Shown here: positions 18,769 through 28,077 of the stretch, piece after piece
Layout: the number at the start of each line of letters is the position of its first letter
How positions within the stretch are numbered: position 1 is the stretch's first letter
Assembly (NCBI GenBank): GCA_963664435.2
Contig: CAXXKM010000001.1
Coordinates: 576,001-640,000 of the forward strand
Length of the DNA stretch: 64,000 nucleotides
Source of the DNA: Longimicrobiales bacterium
Lineage (GTDB): Bacteria; Gemmatimonadota; Gemmatimonadetes; Longimicrobiales; Gaopeijiaceae
Reading direction: 5' to 3'
The notes under the pieces: model-generated
The model's database searches: none
Told to the model about the DNA's origin: nothing
The model's input: the letters and a program-made list of their open reading frames with translations, nothing else
Made by a program: the position numbers and the translations under genes

Positions 18769-21700
18769 CTAGAACGTCGCCTGGAAACGAATGCCATAGC
18801 GTCTGGGGCTCGGCGGCTGACCGTAGTCCGAGTTCATGCCGAATGCGTTGTAGGGTCCACCGGACCGGGCATCGGGGATTCCGTGGTAGGGCGTCAGGGG
18901 ATCGGACATGCAGACATCCGCGGGGCACTTGTTCCAGAGGAACAGGTTGTTCGCCGACAATCTGACCACCAGGGAACTCATGCCCGCCAGCGAGGTCAGG
19001 AATCTCTCCGGAACGTTGTAGTTGACGGAGAGGTCCGCGAACCGAAGGAAGTCGGCCCTGAAGAGGTAGCTGGAAATCATCGAAGGATGCTGGTTGCCGA
19101 AGTCCTCCGCGACCCGCTGGCGCTCCTCCACCGAGGTGTTCGGGTCGTCCAGGATGGCTTCGAACTCGGCCACTCGGGGTGAATTCCGGGTAAAGGCGTC
19201 CTGAATGACCGACACCTCCGAGAACATGTGATAGTCGTACGCCCCGCTGAAGGTGGCGTTGACGCTCACGCCCCCTGGGAGGTCGAGCGAGGTGAGGAAG
19301 CTCCCGGTCCAGAGCGGGATGGGACGCCCCACGTACTCCAGCGAATCGCCGCCCGCTGCATTCTTGAGCTTGTTGGGCGTGATCTGGTTGAGCCTCGTGA
19401 GCTGCGCGATGGGCACCGCCACGGTGTAGGGGTTGCTGGGGTCGGGCACCGGAGCGATCCACGCGCCGGGCGTGTACCCCTCCTTCATGGTGGGATAGTA
19501 CCGGCCGGCGCTGGTACCGCCCTGGATGTGCACGCGGTAGGGGGGCACGCCGCCCATGTCGAGGATCTCGGAGTCATTCAGGGCGACCTGGAAGGTGGTC
19601 GACCATCTCAGGCTGGGACGGCGGACCCAGGTAACGTCCAGCGAAGACTCGAACCCCTGGTTGCGAATCTGGCCGACGTTGGAAACAACCGGCTGGAGGA
19701 AACCGGTGGAGGCCGCGGATGGCACGGGCAGAAGCGCGTCGCTGGTGGTCGCGTTGTAGTACACCAGGTCCAGCCCGACGCGACCGTCGAGGAAGCCGAA
19801 CTCCGTCCCGAACTCCCATTCCAGGGTGCGCTCGGGCTTCAGATCCGCGTTTCCGGGGTTGCCGGTTCTCACGATGGAGAGGTTGTTCACGGCGATGCCG
19901 GGCAGCCACGTCTGGGTGGCGTCGAACGCGCCGGGCTGCAGTCCCGCCGCGCCGAGCGCCGCCCGCACCCGGAACTGGTCCCAGCTCTGGAACGGCCAGA
20001 AGTCATGCTCCGACACAACCCAGGAGGCACCGCCCTTGGGGTACACCTGGAAGGCGAAGTTCTCACCGAAGGCCGAGTTGCCGTCCACGCGCATACCGGC
20101 GTTCAGGAAGAAGCGGTTCCAAAGCCCGACCTCCTCCTGGGCGTACACCCCGGCGTTGATGACCTCCTGGAAGGTCTCGTTCGGCGGCAGGAGCTGCGAT
20201 CCGGCCGGCAGCGTTGAGAGCTGGCGCAACGGGAAGTCCCGAACCCCGAGTGTCCTGAACCACTCCTCCTCCCAGAAGCTCTGGCCACCGACCAGCAGGG
20301 TGGAGGTCAGGTTCTCGTTGAAGTCGCGCGTCCACGAAGTCTTGAAGTCAAGCGTGGTGGCGGTGCGCTCGGAAGTGCGCACCAGGCGCTCGCCCTGTTC
20401 GTGATAGATGTTGAGGCCCTTGGCAACGTGCTCGATGTACTCCTCGGTCATCCGGTCCCGGCCCATGATGAGCTCCGAGCGGATGCCGTGGCCCCAGTCG
20501 TAGTTCAAGGCGCCGCTGAGCGTCACTCGCTGCTCGTCCTGGTTCGACGTCACGCTCGCGATCGGCTCGCTGTCCAGCGGCAGGAAGTGCTCGCTCGCGG
20601 AGAGCGGTCCGCTGTACCCGTGCGGCGGCGGCCACGCGATCTCGTAGGCGTTGACGCCGTAGCGCCCGCCGTAGGGGAAGCGCGGCGCCGGATTCCTGGG
20701 CGTCGCCAGGAAGAAGCCCCACAGGTATCCGCTCCCCCAGTTGAGCCCGTTCTGCCCGGGCTGGCGCCGGTCGCTGAACACGGTGTTCATGTCCACGCGA
20801 ATGCCCAGCCTCTCCGTGGCCTGCACCGTGAGGTTGGCGCGCAGGTTGGCGTCCAGGGTTCCCTGGAAGTCGCGGTATTCGCGGCCCATCTGCCCCACCT
20901 CGTCGCGGAGACGGCCGGAGGCATAATACTGTACCGTCGAGGTCCCGCCCCGCACGTCCGCGTTGAAGTCCATGACCGAGCCCCAGCCGCCGAGGTAGTC
21001 GAGGACGGGCTTGCCCAGTGTCTGCAACTGCTTGGTGTCGAAGTTGTAGCCCCACACTCCCTTCAGGCGGTCTTCGGGGATTCTCGTGCCGTCGAAGCCG
21101 GTCCCGAACGTCCACACCGGATCGCCGGCGCTTCCGCGCTTGGTGATGATCTGGATCACCCCGCTCGAGGCCTCGGTGCCGTACAGGGTCGCGGCCGCCG
21201 CGCCCTTGATGATCTCGATGCGCTCGATGTCGTTGGGGTTCAGCCGGTCGAGCGATGTCGCCTGCCGGGCGCCACCCACCTTGCTGTAGTTGGAGTCGAT
21301 GCGCACCCCGTCGACGTAGATGAGCGGGGCGCTCCGCTGCGTGAGGCTGACGGCCCCGCGCAGGAGAATCTGGCTCGAGGTCCCCACGTTGGGGGCGATC
21401 CCGGGCACCATCCCGGCGACACGCCCGGAGAGGGCCTCGGTGATGTTGGATATCGGCGCTGTGTTGATCGCTTCGGCCCCGAGCGTTTCGACCGTCGCGC
21501 CCAGCCGCCGCCGTTCGGTAACGACTCCGGTACCGGTGACGATCACCTCGTCCAGCGCGATCGCCTCCGATTCCAGCTGGACATCCACGTTCACGGTTTC
21601 CTCCGCCACCACAGTGACGTCCAGGGTCTGGGTCCCGTATCCGATGTAGCGGACCTCCAGAACGTGGCTGCCGACGGGAATGCCGAGCAGCACGAAACGG

Positions 21701-21894
21701 CCGTTGGCGTTGGTGACGTTGCCGACACCCTCTTCGGCGATGCTCACCTGCGCGCCCGCCAGCGGCAGCCCGGTGCCCACCTCCTGGACCGAGCCCGTGA
21801 TGGTGCCCGTCTGGGCGGACGCGGGAGCGGCCGCGACCATGGCCATGGCGCATATCGCGCCGGTAAAGGTGACGACCTGACGAAGGACTTTCAT
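18769..21894 (-). CDS. SusC/RagA-family TonB-dependent receptor
   Basis: Carboxypeptidase-like N-domain, DEVIVTG, LNPNDIERIEIIKGAAAATLYG, GNADLKPE, terminal F. Confidence 0.92.
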   Translation of the reverse strand: MKVLRQVVTFTGAICAMAMVAAAPASAQTGTITGSVQEVGTGLPLAGAQVSIAEEGVGNVTNANGRFVLLGIPVGSHVLEVRYIGYGTQTLDVTVVAEETVNVDVQLESEAIALDEVIVTGTGVVTERRRLGATVETLGAEAINTAPISNITEALSGRVAGMVPGIAPNVGTSSQILLRGAVSLTQRSAPLIYVDGVRIDSNYSKVGGARQATSLDRLNPNDIERIEIIKGAAAATLYGTEASSGVIQIITKRGSAGDPVWTFGTGFDGTRIPEDRLKGVWGYNFDTKQLQTLGKPVLDYLGGWGSVMDFNADVRGGTSTVQYYASGRLRDEVGQMGREYRDFQGTLDANLRANLTVQATERLGIRVDMNTVFSDRRQPGQNGLNWGSGYLWGFFLATPRNPAPRFPYGGRYGVNAYEIAWPPPHGYSGPLSASEHFLPLDSEPIASVTSNQDEQRVTLSGALNYDWGHGIRSELIMGRDRMTEEYIEHVAKGLNIYHEQGERLVRTSERTATTLDFKTSWTRDFNENLTSTLLVGGQSFWEEEWFRTLGVRDFPLRQLSTLPAGSQLLPPNETFQEVINAGVYAQEEVGLWNRFFLNAGMRVDGNSAFGENFAFQVYPKGGASWVVSEHDFWPFQSWDQFRVRAALGAAGLQPGAFDATQTWLPGIAVNNLSIVRTGNPGNADLKPERTLEWEFGTEFGFLDGRVGLDLVYYNATTSDALLPVPSAASTGFLQPVVSNVGQIRNQGFESSLDVTWVRRPSLRWSTTFQVALNDSEILDMGGVPPYRVHIQGGTSAGRYYPTMKEGYTPGAWIAPVPDPSNPYTVAVPIAQLTRLNQITPNKLKNAAGGDSLEYVGRPIPLWTGSFLTSLDLPGGVSVNATFSGAYDYHMFSEVSVIQDAFTRNSPRVAEFEAILDDPNTSVEERQRVAEDFGNQHPSMISSYLFRADFLRFADLSVNYNVPERFLTSLAGMSSLVVRLSANNLFLWNKCPADVCMSDPLTPYHGIPDARSGGPYNAFGMNSDYGQPPSPRRYGIRFQATF

Positions 21895-22000
21895 GCTTCC
21901 ACCTCCTGCTTGGGGAACGGCACCGATCCTGCTTACGGGAATCCTCCCTGGATTCGCCGGGTCTGCGGGGCAGCAGGCGCGCAGCCTGCGACCGCGCGAA

Positions 22001-23806
22001 CTAACACATGGCGCAGTTGTCGTTGTTGATGGCACCCAGCCGCTCCAGCAGAGCGATGGTCGCCGGGAACGGGCGAACGTTGTAGCTCGGACTGTTGGCC
22101 ATGTCAACGGTGGTCTGGCCGAGCCGCGTCACCGCATGTACGTCGGCGCCGCGCTCGATCAGATACATAATGACCTCGTTGTCCCCTCGCGACGCGGCGT
22201 TGTGCAGCGGCGTGCGGGCATCCAGGTCCCGGGCGTTGACGTCGGCGCCCAGCTCCTCGACGAGGTACCTGACCGCCGGGAGCCATCCGCGCGGCACATA
22301 CCGGTGTTCGTTTGCGGCACGCTGGTCGTATCCGACGCCGGTGGCCGCGTGGATGGCGTACATGGCCGCGCCTCCCGCCGGGACGGGCGGTATGCCGCTC
22401 TGGTCCACGGCGGCCGAGTAGTCCGCAGCCACAGGCGCAACGCCGGCGTCCGGCGGCTTTCGGCTGGGGATGTCCGGGTCCGCCCCGTAGGCGACCAGCA
22501 GCTTCATCGCGGCGACGTCGACGCCGAGCGCGGCGCGGAAGAAGGGCGTCGTCCCCTCCAGGTTGGCGCTGACGAGACGCTGATGCGCCCACCAGAGGTC
22601 CCTGGCGAGCCGCGCGTCGGGATCCGCGCCCGCCCGCAGCAGCGCCTCCATCACGTGGAGGTAGTCGGCCTTCTGTGCCTCGTGCGCGCGCGGCTGGGGA
22701 TAGAAGGACGTGCCGGCCCATTGCACGTTGATCACGGCATAGAGCGGCGTCGCCCCGGGATCGCTGGCAACGTTGGGGTCGGCCCCCCGGTCGAGGAGAT
22801 GCAGCCCCAGATCGAAACGCCCGTTCAACATGGCGATCAGCAGCGGGCTGGTCCCGTCCCCGCTGGTCTGGTCGATGTCCGCGCCCCCGTCCAGAAGCGC
22901 GTCCATTGCCTCCAGGTGCCCGGCGCGGGCCGCGTGGAGAAGCGGGGTGAGCCCGCCCCACCTTCCGACCAGGGCCGGCTGGCCCGGAGGGGGATTGGTG
23001 GATATCGGCGAGATTCCCTGCACTTCGCCGTCCAGGATCAGCACCTCGCCCCTGCGCTGCACTTCGCGCGCGGCCTCGATGGCCACCGCCACCTGGCCGG
23101 GCGTCGGAGGTTCTCCCTCGTCGACCGGCCCCCAGGGGTCCTCCCGCGGGTCGTTCTCCAGCCAGTCCGGGCGGAACTGCGCCAGCACCTCGTACAACCG
23201 GTGCTGGGCGGCGATGTCCACCGTCGCCCGCCGATCCACATCCTCGATCACGGATTCGGCCAGCGAGACATCCGCTCCCAGGTCGAGCAGCGTGCGGATG
23301 GCCTGGGCGCGGTTGCGGGCGGCCGCGAAGATCAACGGCGTCTGCTTCCATTCCCGCTCGCGAGCGTTCAGGTCGGCGCCGGCATCGGCCAGAACCCGGA
23401 TGGCCTCCGAACTGCCTGACTCGGCCGCCAGGTGCAGCGGGGTCACGCCGCTGTTGGTGGTCTTCGCGTGCACCTCGGCACCCGCCGCGAGCAGCGCCTC
23501 CACGACCCCGGCCCCTCCTGCCCGGCTCGCGAGGTGGAGGGGCGTGTAGCGTCCGATGCGGGTGCCCGCCTCCAGGTTCGCGCCCGCGGTGATCAGCAGC
23601 CCCGCCATCTCCGCGTCAGCGTGACGCGCCGCCCAGTGAAGCGCGGTCATGCCGTCGCCCTGGGCCTCGTTGGCGTCGGCCCCCTGCTCCAGCAGGGCGC
23701 GCACCGCCTCGAGATCCCCGCGCATGGCCGCATCGGCTACCGGGCCGTCTGCCGCCGGACCGGCCAGCAGCAGAGCGATGATCGCGAAGGCGGTCGTCGG
23801 ATTCAC
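22001..23806 (-). CDS. Exported ankyrin-repeat protein
   Basis: Repeated GMTALHWA, YTPLHLA, QTPLIFA, LTPLLHA; signal peptide from GTG; C-terminal CAMC. Confidence 0.9.
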   Translation of the reverse strand: MNPTTAFAIIALLLAGPAADGPVADAAMRGDLEAVRALLEQGADANEAQGDGMTALHWAARHADAEMAGLLITAGANLEAGTRIGRYTPLHLASRAGGAGVVEALLAAGAEVHAKTTNSGVTPLHLAAESGSSEAIRVLADAGADLNAREREWKQTPLIFAAARNRAQAIRTLLDLGADVSLAESVIEDVDRRATVDIAAQHRLYEVLAQFRPDWLENDPREDPWGPVDEGEPPTPGQVAVAIEAAREVQRRGEVLILDGEVQGISPISTNPPPGQPALVGRWGGLTPLLHAARAGHLEAMDALLDGGADIDQTSGDGTSPLLIAMLNGRFDLGLHLLDRGADPNVASDPGATPLYAVINVQWAGTSFYPQPRAHEAQKADYLHVMEALLRAGADPDARLARDLWWAHQRLVSANLEGTTPFFRAALGVDVAAMKLLVAYGADPDIPSRKPPDAGVAPVAADYSAAVDQSGIPPVPAGGAAMYAIHAATGVGYDQRAANEHRYVPRGWLPAVRYLVEELGADVNARDLDARTPLHNAASRGDNEVIMYLIERGADVHAVTRLGQTTVDMANSPSYNVRPFPATIALLERLGAINNDNCAMC

Positions 23807-23816
23807 CGGCGGACCC

Positions 23817-25259
23817 CTATCGGCTCGACGACTGCGCCGCGGCCACGGCGCCACCGGGATAACCCAGAGCGAACTCGCCCGTGCTGTCGCCGAAGCTGTC
23901 CATGTCGTCGTGCCCCAGCCGGTGCAGCAGACTCAGGAAAACGTTCGCCATGGGAGTCCCGTCGGGGGCCTTCAGGTGAACGTTGCCTTCGAGTAGCCCG
24001 TTTCCGTGGCCCAGCAGGATGAGCGGGCAGCGCCGGTGGTTGTGGACGTTGCCGTCCGCCATCGGCGAACCCCACACGATCACCGACTTGTCCAGCAGGC
24101 TGGCGTCTCCCTCCATGCTCGCCTGGAGCTTCTCCAGGAAGTACGGCAGCGGGCTCATGCGGTACTGGGCGATCTGGTTGAAGTCGAGGATGGATTCTTC
24201 GCTGTTGCCGTGGTGCGAGGCCGGATGGAACGGCGTGGTGGTGCCGCTCTCCGGATGGATCCGGTTCGAGGCGTCGCGCCCCATCTTGAAGGACACCACC
24301 CGCGTCATGTCGGTCTGGAATGCCAGAACCTGCAGGTCGAACATCAGCTCCATGTGCTCGGCGTAGGAATCGGGCACGCCGGCGGGGGCTTCCGGCAGCT
24401 CGCGCTGCTCGCCGCTCGAGTTGAACTCCTCCACCTTCTGAATCCGCCGCTCGACCTCGCGCACGTTCTCGAGGTACCGGTCCAGCCGGTTGCGGTCCTC
24501 GGTCCCCACCCGGGCCCTGAGCGTCGCCACCTCATCCACGATCCAGTCGAGGATGCTCTGGTTGGTGCGCCTGCGCACCGCCCGCTCTTCGTTGCTTCCG
24601 CCGGCGCCGAAGAGGAGGTCGAACGCCGCGCGCGGGTCGCGGATCATCGGCAGCGGCTCGGTCGGCGACGCCCAGCTGATCGCATCCGTGTACGCGCAGT
24701 GGTAGTTGTACCAGCATCCTCCGCCCTGCCCCAGGTTCTCGATGCAGAGCTGCAGCGACGGCAGCGCCGTGTCCTGCCCGAAACGGCGCGCCTGCAGCTG
24801 GTCGAGGGATACGCCCACATAGATGTCCGAGCCCTGCGTCTGCTTGGGATGGCATTGGGTCAGGAACACCGCCGTCGAGCGAAAGTGATCGCCGCCGATC
24901 TCGTTGGGTTCGTAGGCCTCCGCCATGCGAACATCGGTGTTGCTGACGATCGTGAGGTGGTCCTGGAAGCGTTCGAGCGGTTTGAGCACGTTCGCATCGG
25001 TCATGCGAAAGTTTCGCCCGGTCGTCTCGGGCGCGAACAGGTGCTGGCTCGCGCCCCATTCGCTGCAGCCCGGCACCCCGTGCACCTCTTCGATGCACAC
25101 CAGGCGGGTGCGGTCCTCGAGAGCGGCCGAGGCGCGCCCCCAGCGCCCCGGTCCGGCCGGGATCATGGCGTCCAGGAGGGGAAGCGCCACCGTGGCCCCC
25201 ATCCCGCGAACGAAGGTGCGGCGGGGAATGTGCGCGCCCGTGATGAAGCTGGTCGTCAT
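23817..25259 (-). CDS. DUF1552 domain protein (Tat-like signal)
   Basis: IPRRTFVRG..ATVALPLLDAM; LQLCIE; DLQVLAFQTDMTRV; FHPASHH; SFGDSTG. Confidence 0.88.
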   Translation of the reverse strand: MTTSFITGAHIPRRTFVRGMGATVALPLLDAMIPAGPGRWGRASAALEDRTRLVCIEEVHGVPGCSEWGASQHLFAPETTGRNFRMTDANVLKPLERFQDHLTIVSNTDVRMAEAYEPNEIGGDHFRSTAVFLTQCHPKQTQGSDIYVGVSLDQLQARRFGQDTALPSLQLCIENLGQGGGCWYNYHCAYTDAISWASPTEPLPMIRDPRAAFDLLFGAGGSNEERAVRRRTNQSILDWIVDEVATLRARVGTEDRNRLDRYLENVREVERRIQKVEEFNSSGEQRELPEAPAGVPDSYAEHMELMFDLQVLAFQTDMTRVVSFKMGRDASNRIHPESGTTTPFHPASHHGNSEESILDFNQIAQYRMSPLPYFLEKLQASMEGDASLLDKSVIVWGSPMADGNVHNHRRCPLILLGHGNGLLEGNVHLKAPDGTPMANVFLSLLHRLGHDDMDSFGDSTGEFALGYPGGAVAAAQSSSR

Positions 25260-25317
25260 CGTCGTGCTCCCTCTATTGTTGCGCCCCGGGCACAGGCCCC
25301 GAAGCATGTGTCCTCTG

Positions 25318-27798
25318 CTATCCGCCCTCTACGCCTTCAGCCGTCGCAGCGCCGATGTCCTGCCTGCTGCGGAAGGCGTCGCTGGTCGCGACGCCCAGGA
25401 TGAAGGAAGAGATTCTGTAGTCGTTCGCCTCCGCCTCGCGGGCGATGGCGCGTATGGTCGGCCCGTCGTAGTACTCCACGCGACGCCCGAGGGCGTAGGC
25501 CAGCAGGTTCATGGTGAACGTGCGCACCAGCGGAATCGGGCGCTCCAGGAGCGCGTCCGCGAGCTGAACCGCGTTGGTCAGCTGCGTGCCGTCGTAGAGC
25601 TGGCCCCGGGCATCGAGTGGTGACCCGCTCTCGCGAATCCGCCATTCCCCGGTCACCCCGAAGTTCTCCAGCGCCACGCCGATGGGGTCCATGAACTGAT
25701 GGCAGGCGGCGCACACCGGGTTGCGCCGATGGATCTCCAGGCGCTCGCGCGTGGTGAGCAGCCGGCCCTCGCCTTCGTCTTCGGTCTCTTCGAGAGCCGG
25801 CACGTCGGGCGGAGGCGGCGGGGGCGGCGCGTCAAGCAGCACTTCCATCACCCATTTGCCCCGCAGGACCGGCGACGTCCGCGTCCCCATGGACGTCGAC
25901 ATCAGCACGCTGCCGTGCCCCAGCAATCCCTGGCGCAGCATCCCCTCGGGATACTCCACGCGCCGGAAGCCCTCTCCGACCACGCCCTGGATGCCGTAAT
26001 GCTCCGCCAGACGCTGGTTCATGAAGCTGTAGTCGGCGCTGTAGAGCTCCAGCAGGCTCCGGTCCTCACGCACCAGATGATCGAAGAACAGCTCGGTTTC
26101 GCGCCGCATGGCGGCCTTGAGCTGCTCGTTGAAGTGGGGGAACCAGAAGGCGTCCGGCTGCACCCTCTCGAGATCCTGGAGCCTCAGCCACTGGGTGGCG
26201 AAGCGTGTCGCCAGGCTCTCGGAGCGCGGATCGGCCAGCATCCGGCGGACCTGCTGCTCCAGAACGCCGGAGCCCGAGAGCCGGTTGCGGCTCGCGAGCG
26301 AGATCAGTTCGTCGTCCGGCTGCGTTCCCCAGAGGAAATACGACAGCCTGGATGCGAGAGCGAGGTCGCTGATCGGATAGCTCCCTCCCGCCTCGAGCGC
26401 GTTCTCCGGGGCCTCCTCGATTCTGAACACGAAGTGCGGGCTCGCCAGGATGGCCTCGAGGACGGTGCGCACGCCGGTCTCGAACCCCCCCTCGGCGGCC
26501 CCCACGTCGTAGAACGACATCAGGCCCGCGAGGTCCGGGTCGGTGAGTGGCCGGCGATAGGCCTGCCGGGCCAGCCTTGCAGCGATCTCGCGGGCACAGG
26601 ATCGTTCGGCCTCCGGCGACGTCGGCCGGCAACTGAAGACCCGCTGCCGGCTCGGGGTCTCGGAGACGCCCTGCGGATCGAGGGGGCCGCGGACCGTAAG
26701 GTCTCTGAGGTGGGTCAGAACGACGAATCCCGTCCCGATGCGGAAGCGGACGCCTGCGTTGGACCAGCCGAAGGGCTCCTGCAGGTCGGCGTAGGGACCG
26801 TCCTGCTTCCTGATGAACGCCGCCGCGACCCGATGCTGGCCCGCGCTTACGAAGACGGGATCGGTGAACTGGTTCCAGTTGGGGCCGAAGTCCGCGTCCC
26901 GCCGGAGCTCCTCCACCGGAAGCAGAACGACGCGCTCCCCGTCGATGGAGATGTCCATTTCCGCGAAGCGCTCATGGTCCCCCGCCCAGAACGACATCTC
27001 GAAGATATACTCGCCGTCCGCGGGGAAATGGTGGTCGACCACGATGCCGCCGCGGGTGCCGTAGGGCGCGCCCTCCACATGGTCCCACTCGTGCTGGGAC
27101 TGGTACGTGGACACGAGGTAGGTTTTGGAGTCCGAGGTCGCATCGGGGTGCCCCAGCACCAGACGGCTGACGTCGTTGGCGGCGTTCAGATACGAATTGA
27201 GGAGCGTAGGCGACAGCGGCTGGGAGACCGCCATGTGGTCGAAGTTCCCGAGATAGAGGTCCGGGGGAAGCCACTGGCTGGCGTCGACATCGATGCCGAA
27301 GAGGTCCAGGACGGCCTTCTCGTACTCGGCCCGGTTGAGCCGCTGGAAGCTGCGGTTGCCCGGGTTGGGGTTGGCCGCCGCATAGCCGTCGATGGCCTGC
27401 TCAAGGGTCTCGACGAGCGCAAGGAGCGTGTCCCCCGCCGGACGGGGGATGCCGGGCGGAGGCATCATCCCGGTGCGCAGCTTGGCGACCATGCGTTCCG
27501 CCGTCTCCCAGTCCTCCCACGGGGCGCTCACGTCGAAGCCCTGGACCGACATGTTGCCGGTCATCATGGCGTCGTTGTGACAGACCTGGCAGTACTGGCG
27601 GACGACGGCGGTGAGGGCTTCGGACGAGGGGGCGGTGCGGGGCGCCGCGGACCGGCCCGCGGCGCCGGGAATGTGGCTGGCCGCGAGCGCCGGGGCGGAA
27701 AGTCCGATCGCAGATTGGGACCTCGGCGCGCGCCCTCCATCATGGCCCACAAACAGGGCCAGACCCAGGAGCGAGATTCCTGGAAGGAAAGCTCTCAC
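25318..27798 (-). CDS. DUF1592/1588/1587/1595/1585 domain protein with CxxCH motifs
   Basis: YCQVCHN, MMPP, RLNRAEY, LASRLSYFLW, TSPVLRGKWV, CAACHQFMDPIG; GGAGGT RBS before GTG. Confidence 0.9.
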   Translation of the reverse strand: MRAFLPGISLLGLALFVGHDGGRAPRSQSAIGLSAPALAASHIPGAAGRSAAPRTAPSSEALTAVVRQYCQVCHNDAMMTGNMSVQGFDVSAPWEDWETAERMVAKLRTGMMPPPGIPRPAGDTLLALVETLEQAIDGYAAANPNPGNRSFQRLNRAEYEKAVLDLFGIDVDASQWLPPDLYLGNFDHMAVSQPLSPTLLNSYLNAANDVSRLVLGHPDATSDSKTYLVSTYQSQHEWDHVEGAPYGTRGGIVVDHHFPADGEYIFEMSFWAGDHERFAEMDISIDGERVVLLPVEELRRDADFGPNWNQFTDPVFVSAGQHRVAAAFIRKQDGPYADLQEPFGWSNAGVRFRIGTGFVVLTHLRDLTVRGPLDPQGVSETPSRQRVFSCRPTSPEAERSCAREIAARLARQAYRRPLTDPDLAGLMSFYDVGAAEGGFETGVRTVLEAILASPHFVFRIEEAPENALEAGGSYPISDLALASRLSYFLWGTQPDDELISLASRNRLSGSGVLEQQVRRMLADPRSESLATRFATQWLRLQDLERVQPDAFWFPHFNEQLKAAMRRETELFFDHLVREDRSLLELYSADYSFMNQRLAEHYGIQGVVGEGFRRVEYPEGMLRQGLLGHGSVLMSTSMGTRTSPVLRGKWVMEVLLDAPPPPPPPDVPALEETEDEGEGRLLTTRERLEIHRRNPVCAACHQFMDPIGVALENFGVTGEWRIRESGSPLDARGQLYDGTQLTNAVQLADALLERPIPLVRTFTMNLLAYALGRRVEYYDGPTIRAIAREAEANDYRISSFILGVATSDAFRSRQDIGAATAEGVEGG

Positions 27799-28077
27799 AA
27801 ACACCTCCGTCTGCAGACGGCTGCGCGGAATGCGCACGCGCCCCCGGGGCACACTGCTCCCGGGCATAGCGCCGCTTCAAAGTACGCCTTGGGCTTTCCC
27901 GTTCGCAAGCACGGCGGTCCGGACTGGTTCGAACTGCTTCGCACTGCCAGCGGTCACCGGCGCCGCCATCAACGCGCACCGCCATCGGCGGCGGCGCGCT
28001 CCCGCAAATCCGCTCCTGAAGTACCCCTGCGTACCTGCCCGGGTGCGCGCTCCTCCCGCGCCCGTTTCCTGCCTTCG

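Noticed and set aside
21895..22000. Riboswitch upstream of SusC
   Set aside because: No cobalamin, TPP, FMN or SAM consensus elements recognised in the short spacer
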